This document shows, one piece after another, positions 40,101-62,792 of a stretch of DNA of 64,000 nt. The position numbers and the translations under genes were made by a program. The stretch spans positions 1,729,704-1,793,703 of the forward strand of contig NW_019091357.1 in assembly GCF_001949145.1 (NCBI RefSeq). The letters are read 5' to 3'. Source of the stretch: Acanthaster planci. Its lineage: Eukaryota. The notes under the pieces were generated by a model. That model made no database searches. It saw only the letters and a program-made list of their open reading frames with translations, and had not been told where the DNA came from. Every line of letters begins with the position of its first letter. The stretch's first letter is position 1.

Positions 40101-42519
40101 CAGACGAGAGGTCGTTACGAGGTCGCTAAAGCCGGCAGGAATAAAACGCATTCCTCGGGCAAGAATCTTGCTGAAACATTTGTAATATAGCACACCGCTG
40201 AGCCAAAGCTTATATCCACTTCGGAAAAAATGCAGGAAGGTTGATTTTTCAAGTTTTGACATGCCCCATGATGCCCCTGTATAAGTTAAGGATCAGGTTC
40301 AGATTTCTGATAGAAACAGGTCAAAATGCAGTGGCGTGTATAAGAAATCAGGTACTTTGATGATTAAGGAGACCCTCAGAAAGGAATTGGTACAGAGGGA
40401 TGAATCGAGCAATCGTATCATTGCTAACATTGCAACGAATTGTACCGTAAATAGGAAGACTCGGTGCATCAGATATGCACAAGAAATTTAATAGGCATCC
40501 TTTGCACAAATTCCCAGCTGATTAATTAGTAAAGCAATAAAACATGACTAAAATCTCGCTGCATTCCGCTAACTTGAAGAGCAACCTTGGAATATTTTAT
40601 GATAGCTGGGCTGGTCACGTGACAGCATCTAATCGTTGTGTTCATCATCCGGCCGAGTCACATTTGAATATTCAACATTGCCCTCGGGGTTTTTGTTTAC
40701 AGTATGCAAAAATCCTTAATGTGTGGGGAGGAAAAACGAGAGAAGTCATGCAATCGTCACAAACCACTGTCGAGGGAAATCTTAGATCGGCCAGATGAAT
40801 TCTCAGCAATATGACAGCCGTATCCAATCAAATAATACAGTAATATTTGTTCTTACTGACAGAAAAAATACCTGCTTTGGTAAAGCGAAAATTTCCGAGG
40901 TGACACTGAGAAAAATGAACAGCACACAAATCACACACAAAAGGTAATTGGAAGCCACAACGTATACCTACCGTCGACATTACGTGAGTCTTACATCTAC
41001 GTCGGAAGTCACGTATAAAATTACATCCATGCTTTCTCCCCGATCAGTCTCCCCCCCCCTCGCTGGACTGTAAAAGTGAGGTCTTTACCCCCCGGGGTAT
41101 ATTTTAATTAATTTTACACAACATCTTCTCGTGCGCCTGAGGAAAAATGAATTATTCGGTGTAAATGCCTCTCGCAATATCTGTCCGGGCGGGAGTGAGG
41201 CGCATGCAATCATGTTCAGCCTTCGGCTGACGTACCTTTCGGACTACGTTGAAGACAGCCTGGCGCGCCGTAGCACTCAGGGCAAACGACTGACCAACAT
41301 TCCCACTCGCATACGATAATTATTACGCTGTTCCTTCCGATTATGAAAGTGAGTGGAGCCCTTGATGTGAGTTTTAACATTACTCCATCAATGTAATTTT
41401 TAAAGTAGAAATTCAGCTACTTTTTTTCTCTCTTCAGGCGTATAAAATGTCTAGAAAGAAACATATGGCAAATTCCCTGATCTGTTTCCAGCTATATTAT
41501 TTCAAAATTAAATACATTCAGAATGCCAGCAGTAACTAAAAGGCAATTGTTTAGATTTCAAAAATTTGATTCAAAATTCAGTTGAATCATTAGGCCTAAT
41601 TTTGTACCTAAGTCTTGAAAATTTTAATGACAGCATTCCACTCTAGATTTTTCTTTCCTGTAGGCTCTATCATTAGCCCTTTAACAGATCTGACAAAGAG
41701 AATTGTCTTCCTTTGATTTTCCTTAGATTACAAACTGCATTGATCAGAACTGAGAAAAATTCTTCTAAAAAGAGCTAAAGTTCATGCTCCATGTTGGCTA
41801 CAGCTTTCTGCTTTATTTCATATGGAAGTCTCATCATCAAGATTTCAAAATTTATCTCGTTTTCATTTTTCGTGTCTCCTTTAAAAAAGGTCACAAATAT
41901 ATTATCTTTTATTTTTTCTTACATTGGAACCTCACACAGAAGCACTCGTTAATCGTAATATTGCCCAAAATGTTGGTTGCAAGACAAAACACGCATACAT
42001 GTAAGCCACATGATGGTCTATTCGCAGAAGCAATAATAACACCGAATCCGAAATTAAATAAATAAAAAAAGCCACTCAAGATCGATCCAGGACAGCTGTG
42101 TAAAGGAAGTTTAGTTAGATAAATAAATAAACTCACAAATTAGTATTTCTATCAAGGAGTCGAAAATCAAGCCCACTTCTCGATTAGGCATGAATTTGAA
42201 AATCATTAATTGTACATGTGCACTGTCCGATTTATCGATTTCAACGGTGACGACAAATATTTCGAGAGCACGGGGTAACACGATTTTCGACGTTCATGAA
42301 TGCAGACATCAACCGCTTGCAAAATTACAGGCGCTGAATGACTGAACAAAACTCAAGAATTATGCTAATGCCTTGCGAAAGAAATGTTATCACGAGACGG
42401 TGGTAATTACACTGCGTTACACGGCCTAAGCCGACTCAGCAACAAAGGGGAACGGTATTCTTTACACGGGGAATTTAATTGTGCGTCCACACAATGCCAA
42501 CGTAACGCTATATGCCTAC

Positions 42520-43050
42520 CTTATTATGCGCCATCCGTCACACATCGAGCGGAGACATGTTAAGAACCACTTGAATCGGTAGCAGGCGCGATGGTTTGTA
42601 GTCTTCCGTCTGTTGCCTCTAGCTGCCGGGTAAATCCGTGTTCAAACGAGCAGGAGATCTTATCTTAACGCGGTCTAAGTCTTATCCCGAGGACGTCTTG
42701 TACTCTGCTATGATCATCTCCGCCATGATGACTATTTTCCCTCCTCAGTGATGGTGATGATGATGAGAGTCTTGCGTTGTGCGCGCGTGTTGACGTTGAG
42801 TCTCTCTGACCTTCCTGAGCGAGTGCCTACATGCCAGGCCCTAATTCCATGCTCGCATGCAACACGCAGTGCGCACCGCTGTTTCTTCACTTTTAGACCC
42901 ACCGTCTCCCCACATCATCGGAGAGAGCTCCGCAAACCGTTGATCGACGGGTCCGCCGAGGTCGCTCGTGCGAAGCGACGCTCACGATATCGCCTGGCTC
43001 GCGCTGTATGACGTCACCACCGGGAAGCAAAGAGGAGCACGCTGACGTCT
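42520..43050 (-). promoter_or_regulatory. Putative Kv2/Shab promoter and non-coding first exon
   Basis: CpG-rich block; full CRE TGACGTCA at 43009-43016 and a near-CRE at 43043-43050; - strand donor AAG|GTAGG at 42520; acceptor TTTCATTTGCAG at 35070 opens the ATG-containing exon. Confidence 0.5.
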
Positions 43051-43421
43051 GAAGACGCCATTCGGTCACATGATGTCCATGAAACTGCGTTCATTGATTT
43101 TGAAAAAAAAAATGTGACTGTGAAAAAATCAAATCTTAAACCACTTCGAGATAAATTCTTTTCTTTTACTAAATGTCTCCTGAAATGATGACCGACACAG
43201 TATAATCATATTCCCACGGGAACACACGAAATCTCGCAGTTCAAACAACTTACTGTCTCAAACATATCTCACAGTATTGCGTTTGTTAAATGTCTTTGGC
43301 AAACTTTAATTCAAGCACTGGGTGATTTTAAATATCTTCCTATCTCTCAATGTTACAACAGTTTCATTGTTAACAATTTCACTGTTTAGTGTTGGCAGGA
43401 ATTCTTAATATGGAATGAGTA

Positions 43422-45512
43422 TTATTCCAGGCAAGACTGTTTCCAAGATTCACAAATATCAAGATTTTCATCGAGCAAGATTTCACCGAACGCTTCCGCC
43501 GCTTCCAGGGTCACTGGTTCTGCTGATGATGCAAGTGTCCATGAGCCAATTGGGGCAGTTTCCGGCGGTGTGGGTAGCATAGTCGTTGCTCCCCCGGGAG
43601 GGCGCTGTTCGGCGTGCACTTCGGCGGTAACCTCGGCAGAGAATCCTGCATTGGAGCGGCCTCCCTCTTCCCGACGAAATCTGGAAGAAACAGTCGGTGG
43701 CGTGAGCAGGAACAGAGGAGGGGGGAGTGGGAGATGATTGTTTTCAGTTGTTACGGGGAAGCTGAGTTCGCCAGATGAATCTTCAGATAACACTGGGGGA
43801 GAGGATGCAGGGTGTTCCTGCCTCATTTTATCAGACGGTGTTTCGCCAAAGGCGTCCACTGAGAACGAAACATTTTGGGGCCTTGACTCGTCGTGGCTAA
43901 TGGCCGCTATAGCTTGGCTGCGTAGCGGTCTGCTCTGAGAAAGTGCAAGATCCCACTCTGGAGGAAGTTTCTCCAAAGCAATAACCGGCACGCTTTTGGT
44001 CTCCAGCGAGGCTTTGTCACCTTGGTCTTGGGGCCCCTTGGGTAGCAGTGACAATGTGGTGATGATGTGGGTTGCCATGGTATTGATCTGAGTGCCGCAT
44101 TGGGTCATGACCTTCGTGGCCTCCATTCTAGCCGCTTTTCGGGCCACTTTCTCCTCAGCTCTTCTCTTTCTTTCACTGTTCCACCAGATGCAGCAGGCGC
44201 ATTTCTCGATGACGAGGAGATAGGCGCGCTCACTGAATACACAGTAGAAGACAACGATTAGCAGTATTGCAACAAGAAAACTCGAAAAGGCGACTGAGGT
44301 GACGGCTACCATGTAGACATTCTCTCCGTTGAAGTTCCACAGAAAAACAGCCACCAGACCCACATTCTCTGTAAGTATGATGGTGTGATAGAAAGCACTC
44401 ATGGCCAGTGCGTGCCCAGGTTTCAGGTTTAGAAAGCAGAAGACGTACGCGTACGAAGTTGCAACGTCCCGAAATCTGTCACTGCAATCTTGGTCGCGTG
44501 TAAGGCGGTGCTGAACGTAGGTCTGGATTCTTAGCCCTGCGAATGCGATAATCCATTGCGTGGCTGCTAACAAAAATATCATCCACGGTTTGACAGCTGC
44601 AAAAGAGGCTAAGCTGACGACACGCGAGACCAAGAGACTTGTCATCCACACGAAGCGCGTCCAGTGGCGGGCAGAGTTCTTACTTTCGTGTGGAGATTTC
44701 TGTTCGGTTGGAGGGTTCGTTTCTTCAACAATCGCATCCAGGGCAACCTTGGAACACTTTTCAACATTTTGAGCTTCTGCAGAAGGTTTAATACTTTTGC
44801 TGCCTGCATTCTGCGAAGAATGAGCGCAAGAGCCTCGACGTTCGTTATCTGTGTTCTCCAACTGTTTCTCGACCTCTCTGCTGAAGATACCGAGAGCGGG
44901 AAAATCCACCATGTTACCTTTTAGACCGCCATCTTGCGAGGTATCGGTGGTTTCGTGGGAAGATGGCTTCCTTTTCCTCGTCAGGCGTATCACCTCCTCC
45001 CGGTAGGAACTCAGAATTAAGGCAGCCGAGAGGACTGAGGCGCTTGCACTAAGCGTCAAGATGAAAAACTCCTTCCTCGCAGAGAGCATGAGGTACACGT
45101 CGAGAACGGAAAGCGGGAGGTCCTGAAGGAAAACTGGAACGAGGTGCAGAAGGATGAGGTTGGCGAACTGGCTGGAGGCCGACCCGGAGAGCGCCTTGGC
45201 AAACCGCCATAGGGGTCCCAACTGCAAGAGGTGACACGCCAGGCCTGTCCAGTCCAGCCCGGAGTCGTCTTGCGGAGACGAGGCGTTGGTGCCTCGGCGG
45301 TGCCTCAGCAGTAAAACCCACGAGATGCCGTTTGTGAGCAACCAGCTGACGACGATCAGGAGAATGGTGAACATGACAGGGACTGAGTCGTGGTCATCGT
45401 TGAAGCGAGTGCAGGCAACGACGATGTGTAGGACTGGAATAACGAGGTCCAGAAAAAGTTGAACTATCAAAATAGATCGGAGACTTGTCATAATTGTACA
45501 ATTAACATTCAT
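43422..45512 (-). CDS. XK-related (XKR/CED-8 family) membrane protein, intronless and divergent, 696 aa
   Basis: Single long ORF with several hydrophobic segments and XK-family-like motifs HLLQLGPLWRF, FLQDLP (at the ESAPQ position), SRVVSLASFA, YVFCFLNL, YHTIILTEN, FLVAILLIVVFYCVF, followed by a low-complexity tail. Confidence 0.82.
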   Translation of the reverse strand: MNVNCTIMTSLRSILIVQLFLDLVIPVLHIVVACTRFNDDHDSVPVMFTILLIVVSWLLTNGISWVLLLRHRRGTNASSPQDDSGLDWTGLACHLLQLGPLWRFAKALSGSASSQFANLILLHLVPVFLQDLPLSVLDVYLMLSARKEFFILTLSASASVLSAALILSSYREEVIRLTRKRKPSSHETTDTSQDGGLKGNMVDFPALGIFSREVEKQLENTDNERRGSCAHSSQNAGSKSIKPSAEAQNVEKCSKVALDAIVEETNPPTEQKSPHESKNSARHWTRFVWMTSLLVSRVVSLASFAAVKPWMIFLLAATQWIIAFAGLRIQTYVQHRLTRDQDCSDRFRDVATSYAYVFCFLNLKPGHALAMSAFYHTIILTENVGLVAVFLWNFNGENVYMVAVTSVAFSSFLVAILLIVVFYCVFSERAYLLVIEKCACCIWWNSERKRRAEEKVARKAARMEATKVMTQCGTQINTMATHIITTLSLLPKGPQDQGDKASLETKSVPVIALEKLPPEWDLALSQSRPLRSQAIAAISHDESRPQNVSFSVDAFGETPSDKMRQEHPASSPPVLSEDSSGELSFPVTTENNHLPLPPPLFLLTPPTVSSRFRREEGGRSNAGFSAEVTAEVHAEQRPPGGATTMLPTPPETAPIGSWTLASSAEPVTLEAAEAFGEILLDENLDICESWKQSCLE

Positions 45513-46479
45513 GCACAGCCCCCTCTAACTCCAAGTGAAAGAAATGCAACTCTAAGCCAGGCTGAGACGTATGACGTAACTACCGTAAACTTTACTCCAA
45601 ATCAGCTGATACAGGGCACAGAGTAATGTGCCGTTTCTGAAGCAAACCATGAACAGCGAAATTCTCTGAATACTTGTACACAATAAATAATTCCTTCTTT
45701 TCCCTTCGGTGACACAACGTTAAATGAAATGTGTCTCTTAATAATATATCCCGCGCCTGGGCTCCATAAAGCTTGAGATAATTAATATTCAATCCAAAGT
45801 GAAAAAAACAATACCACCCTTGGAAACAAAAGATCTTAAAAACGAAAGTGGCCTTCATGGAAGGGATGGCCATTGTTATTTTTTTCAAGTTCAACGACAC
45901 GTAATAAAATGAACGTTTTGATAGTGGACCGCGCTCTTCCGTCTATGTAGATGGTATGGAATTGGATTTAATTGCGATATCACTCGAGCGTGCTTTCGTT
46001 AATTACTATTCTACTTTTTTTCGGAATATCTTTGGCAGCATCAGGCAATTAATGAATGGCAAAATCAGTCATTTCGATCGCGACCTCCGTTTGTGTCCCA
46101 CTGTGAAAAGTTTGAACATTGCCAAAAACTGATGTTGACTTAATTTATACAAATGAACATATCAGCACATCACACAGTGTTTGAAGAAACAGCAGCCCCG
46201 GTTTCTACATCTTTATACATAAGTTGCAGTCAGCTCCTAGCTTGACATGAGAGAAAGCCCTGATATTAAGTTTCCCAAAATCAACCTTAAACAGTCCACG
46301 GGGCATAATAACCGCCAAAATCAGCCTTACAACTCCAGGGGTATAATAGTGGTTTAATGTTAGCGGTTCACGTGGGACGATTCGGTATTTGGAACAATGG
46401 TTGCGTAATTAATCATCTGTGAATTGCATCATATGATTGGACGGGGGAAATGATAAGGGCAGGCCAAGATTTTTTTTCC

Positions 46480-46783
46480 GAAGGTTGTCCCCACTAGAGC
46501 GTCTGGTATTATTTTTGTCCACCAAGCCGCGCTCTAGGATCGCAGCTCATGACAACATAAAACAGCCGTCGCAAAGGCCTAAACTTTTCCCAGAAAGCAT
46601 TTCGTTCTAAAGTGTCAAAGGTCAGTGAGAACAACTTGACAAACTTCCTTTTCATTTCCGCGTTCGGGTCCCAGATGATAATCCCCCAAAATTTCACCCT
46701 GTTTTTGTTCAGTCCTCCCACGTTTGGATAGTTCTTTCGTAGACGGGAACACCGCACACCAGATCTGTGTGGATATTTATCAG
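46480..46783 (+). promoter_or_regulatory. Putative promoter and non-coding first exon of the Src-family gene, head-to-head with the XKR gene
   Basis: CpG-containing block ending in a consensus donor CAG|GTAAGT at 46783; acceptor CTCGCAG at 52067 lies 38 nt before the Src ATG; the TACATG-rich intron starts just downstream. Start coordinate approximate. Confidence 0.5.
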
Positions 46784-47065
46784 GTAAGTGGAGCGACGAG
46801 GTGAGAAATTGTATGCAGTGTGGTAAGTTAAAGTAGTGATGATAATTGATATAGGGGCCGAGCCGAGGCGGCCTAATGCATCATACGAAACTAAGGCTAA
46901 GCCAAGCGCACAACCGATTTGCAACCTGTCATTAGCTGCCGGATGCACGAATGTACAGTTGGCCAATGGCAAGATCGTACATGTATCGATAATGATATAA
47001 TTCATACATTTACATCAAATATTTTACATTTAGTGTCCAAGCTACTGTTGTACTTGTACTTTTGT

Positions 47066-47540
47066 AGGTCAACTTGACCGTTTGTCAACTCGACTCCTGA
47101 CCAACTCGACTGTTGAACCAACTCGTCCGTTGACCAACTCAACTGCATGATTGATATACATGTACATGTAACTATAACTCTTTCCTTGAAAAATAGATAT
47201 TAAAAGGGGAAAAATAAAGATCGGATCAGTTCCGGATCGCAAAAATTATAGATGCTAATTTTGGCTCAATGAACCTACGAGATCAACTAAAATGCCATCA
47301 ATAATTGAACTTGTGCCAATGAAATACTCCAAAATAATTTTCCCAATTTGAGAAGAAGCACGCACAAACGAACCCCCAAAATCTGTCCCCATGCTGTGCG
47401 CATGCACAGATCACATCATGCAAAACAAATTACACGCGCGATCCAGAACTAGGAAAAATGCATTTCCTATGCATCCCTGTTGCACCATTTGCACAGTCGA
47501 GTTGGTTGAGAGTCGAGTTGGCAAACGGTCAAGTTGACCT
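47066..47540. mobile_element. Non-autonomous DNA transposon with TIRs and subterminal CCAACTCGACT repeats
   Basis: AGGTCAACTTGACCGTTTGTCAACTCGACTC at the left end versus GAGTCGAGTTGGCAAACGGTCAAGTTGACCT at the right end; repeated subterminal motifs at both ends. Confidence 0.78.
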
Positions 47541-48861
47541 GACACCCCAAGCTACGGCATACATTATAACATAGCTATGTACAATCTGCCATAAACACAT
47601 TGTGGCTGTTTTGATTGTGCCAACTTACCTTTCCATCACAGTCACATGAATTTGTGCAACCAGATTTCATTCATTCCTTCTTGGTGAAGTTAGATGTCAG
47701 ATGCGGAGGTTTATTCACCTAAAGTGTACACCGGTATGTCCTCATTAAAATGGTGAAATTCTTGAGCATTTTGCCAAACATGCCCATCCACCCTACAGAA
47801 TGTCCACAGCATCACTGAGCATGTAACTGGCAGCTGTCATAGCTGTGTGATAGGGTTGACCAATCACATTCCAGTACACAGCATGTATGAAATTTGGTTG
47901 CACAAATAGCCGTGATTGAAGGGTTAGTTGGCGCAATGTAACCAAATTACATGTATATGAACTTAATCTGGGAAAATTCATGTACAAACTTAGGCACAAT
48001 TTACTCCCAGTTTTATTTCTTGTTTTAGTTTAGCATAGTCATTATGTACACTAGAAAGTGGCACCTTTTGATTTATCTCCACGATTCATGGTATTGTCTT
48101 GGTCAGTAGTAAAGCAGTACTTTTACCTGAAATACCGTTCACAGTGAGTGCGATTTTATTTAGCTTTAAACATTCCAGTTCATAAATCTTGAGTTAATTT
48201 GCCTGATATGAAGTTCAACTTAAGCACCATTTTCAAAATGCACTCAAACATAAGTCTACATGTACGTGTAAGAAAATAATTTATGTGTACGTAATTTGAT
48301 ATTTGAGTTGAGGTACATGTACTTGTACATTAAAAATGATTTATCAGAATTTAGGCCCCCCAAAAAGTAGTTCTACTTCTGATTACATGCCTCCCAAAAA
48401 TAGGGTCGGTACATGTACATGTAGGTTGGAAAAATTGGTTGGAAAAAAATTACATGGCTGCGTAGCACTTTAGTCGTGCAATTTACACTCTCATGCATCT
48501 ATACATTTTAACACACTAGCTGGAGGCTACCGCACTTTTGAAGTCAAATTTTGACGTAAGAAGTACATGTACATGTACGTTGCAATTCTTTATCCTACTT
48601 AAAGTTGTGAACATGTAGTGCTTTCAGAGTTCAAATACGTGTACACCAATGTACATGTATTGAGGTTCATTGAAAACCAAATTATTTTTAAAGCTCAGCA
48701 AATACATGTGCATAAATACACATGTGTATGTGTTCCTGTGTCACATAAAATTTTAAATACATATACAAGTCTGAACCAGAAGGAAAGAGCATGCAAAATG
48801 CAATATGCATCCTCCAAAAATTGCCACCGTTTGGAGAGTTCTAAAAATAATGTTAGGTTCA

Positions 48862-49037
48862 AAACAGGCAATTCAGAATAATGCGCCTCCAAGAGTTTGC
48901 AACACTTTGACCAATCAGTGCACGCGAAGTCTGTCGACCCTTTCCAAACGCGCACTGGGTCGACAGATATCGGGTGCTGTGATTGGTCGACGCGTTGCAA
49001 ACTCTTGGAGGTGCACTATTGTGAAAGGCCCCTATTG
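48862..49037. mobile_element. Palindromic MITE family A, copy 2
   Basis: TGCGCCTCCAAGAGTTTGCAAC...CTGTCGACCC...GGGTCGACAG...GTTGCAAACTCTTGGAGGTGCA; same loop and arms as 30618-30807. Confidence 0.8.
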
Positions 49038-49236
49038 CTAGATGGTGCTACAGAGGAGCAGATAATTTGTCATTCTACTCTCAAGGAAAAAAAATTCTTT
49101 GAAATCGGAAGGCCAAGCTTCCCAACCAATCGCATAGCTTTTTGCATACCAGTATACCGGTACGTACATTCGTAGCTCTGTCAGTTGAATGTTTGGCAAA
49201 ATGTGCGACATTTTTGTGTTTTGTACACGTAACTCT

Positions 49237-49348
49237 TTTGATGTGATCCGTCAGTCGTTGTGTGGACATACATGGATCCTTTCAGGTATATTTGATGTGA
49301 TCCGTCAGTCATCGTGTGGACATACACTGTACATGGATCGTTTCAGGA
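49237..49348 (+). repeat. Two-copy tandem direct repeat (about 53 bp unit)
   Basis: TTTGATGTGATCCGTCAGTC.T.GTGTGGACATAC(ACTGTAC)ATGGATC.TTTCAGG occurs twice in succession. Confidence 0.85.
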
Positions 49349-52105
49349 ATGCCAGGCAGTTACATGTGTACACACATTTTCCTACCTTTTGAACAAATTA
49401 CATGATTCTCAGTGTACCATATGACCATTGGGCAATCAGACTTGTTGCACACGTCCACAAATTCAGCGAATCACAGGTTAAAAATGCATGTTGGGGCAGT
49501 ATTTGCGAAAATATCCAAAGCTGTGTCACTTGCATTTGACACAGTGAGCATCATTGGAAATTGCACAGTTTGGCCTTTTTTCTTCAAAACGACAGCATAC
49601 CAGAAGGAATAAGTTCACGAGGAGTTTAGCGCCGTTGCTACATTCATTGGTCTGTTTTTCAGTACCGGTACCTTTAATTTGTCAACCTTATCACTCATCT
49701 GTTTTGGGGACTTGACCCTTGATCTTGTCATTGACATGGGAATTCCCAGTACACCTACGTGTACATGTACTAGGGGATTACATGTACAGTGTACATGTAC
49801 ATGTCGACTGGAGGAAATGCTCCACATGTATACTTGGTTTGAAGTCCATGTACATACCGATACATGTACATGTACATGTACATGGCCCCTTCATCGGCAG
49901 TACATGTATATGTGTACGTACATGTATACTACATGTACCGGTACATGTACATGCATACGTCTACATGTATGTACGTGTACATTATGTTTACATGTACCAG
50001 CACTTAAGAATGAGCAGAACAATGGATTCAGCATAAGGTACATGTACATGTATTTATCTGGTTAGCTTGGTCTTCATTCCAGCAGTCGCGATGGTGGTAC
50101 ATGTACACTTGTTGAAACATGTTTGTTTAAACCTGTTTTGTAAGTTGTTCTGGGTCCAAATGCCCCTTTGCAAAAAACCAAAAACAAGGGAAATACATGT
50201 ACATGACGTACCATGCAAAGGGTTTTCAGAACTTGAGATCGGAGAACTTTTCAGAAGTCATGTGCGTGCATGTGCAGCACCCATTTAATCTGCATGGTTT
50301 TCCCATTATCTTCTCCTCTGAGCAATAAATGCAGCGACTTCCTCCATGACCGAGGTGAAATCCTGCTCAGTGCTCAATGGACGATATCCTGTCTACACGC
50401 CTTCATTTCAGCTTAAAGGAGCGGGCAGATTGCTGTGGGAACATTTGATGTGTTTCAAAATTCGGCACTACCAGAAAAAAACAAATTAAAAAAAAGAAAA
50501 AAGAAGTAAACATAACAGAGTTCACTGTCAGCCGTCATTATTAGGCTTTAACTGATTAAATTCATGCATTTGAAGTTTGTGTCTTGACACTTCTCAACCT
50601 CCTCATAATGGAAAGATTGAAAATGTTTTCACATTTAACCCAACGTGTACATGTACCGTACAAGTCCAAAAAGCTGGAGGCATTTTTGCGAGACTACTTA
50701 TCCAAACTGCTGGAAAGGCAGAATCAGACTTGGCACTGACCACATTGGACATGATACATGTACATGTATGTCTTGAAACAAACTTGATCTATGAATTATT
50801 ACAGAGCCAAACAGCAGTTTGAGAAGTATTTCATCTCAAGCAAGGAAATTCTATTATTGGATATTTTGATATATATTTTGATGTTCACACATTTCCTTTG
50901 CTTAATTGTGATACCGGTAGTTAAAAAACTTGGTTAAATTTTCATTTTTCTTGCACTGTGAACACTCCCTTAAGCCCGCTCTGTGTTGATGGTTTCCTTG
51001 ACTCTGCCTGTTCCTTTTGCTATGGAAACCCTCACTCAGAATATGCCTCAAAAACTGTTTTCCAGAAAGAGGGTAACCTTGGCGTGGACCTGGCTTAGTC
51101 CACACAAAGGTTTGCACAGCCTCCATGATGTGGACCTCTTTTGTTTGTTGATCCACGCACACAAGCATGTACATGTACGTTTTGTACAGTGTGTATTGCT
51201 GATCTGACATTTCCTGTTTTAATTTCTGGACAGCATTGTACAAACCGGTATGGCAAATAGCTGTGGATGTACATGTACTACATGTACAGTACAGTTGCAC
51301 GTGTACCTGAACGTGAACATGTACAGGTACATGTACAGGTGCAGGTGTGTCCTGTTACTGACTGTGAATGTACATGTAGTTGTCGTTTTGCTATTGTTCA
51401 AACTTCATCTTCCCGTTCTACTGTTTGTCAACATATATTCTTTTTCAAAAATAGATACATAAAATGTACCTGTAGCAGGAATTTACAAAAATCTACTGAC
51501 CAGGAACACAGTGTACATGTACATGTACACAGCAGTCAACTCGACAAATTGCATGGGGGATGGGTACTCAAAACGATAAATGTGGGCGACCAATTTTCTC
51601 AGCTCAACAATTTGTGGTAAGCGAGGTTGTTGTGCAGGAACATCTGAGCATAATTTTTGCCCTCTTGGTCGTTTCATGTGTGTCACGTTTCACTGGGGAA
51701 AAAAAAGAAATGAAGACAAATAAAAGAAAACACAGGAAGTGACATTATGCCGGTTCTCAATATGCAGGGAAATTCTGGAGATGTAATCACATCCACTTGG
51801 TATGTCCTGATATCCTGTACAAATACCGGATGTGTGGAGTTTTCATTGTACCGTACGTATACGTGTACGTGTGCTGGGACTGACCATGTACATATGAATC
51901 AGTGGATGCATGTTCATGTACAAACCTGTATAGGCAAAGGATGTGTTTGTTGAAGGTTTCCCAACTTGTTTTGCACAAAGAAGCGTAGGCGAGCTTAACA
52001 CTGAAGTTGAATGAGTTACATGTACATGGACTGTGGAATGTGATTCTTCTATCCGACCATCTCGCAGACAGTGCAGCCTCGGTGAATCGCATTCCTGCCA
52101 TCAGC

Positions 52106-62792
<10,687 letters not shown>

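Noticed and set aside
47066..47145. Short regularly spaced repeats resembling a CRISPR array or iterons
   Set aside because: They are subterminal repeats of a TIR element in a eukaryotic genome; no unique spacers or cas genes.
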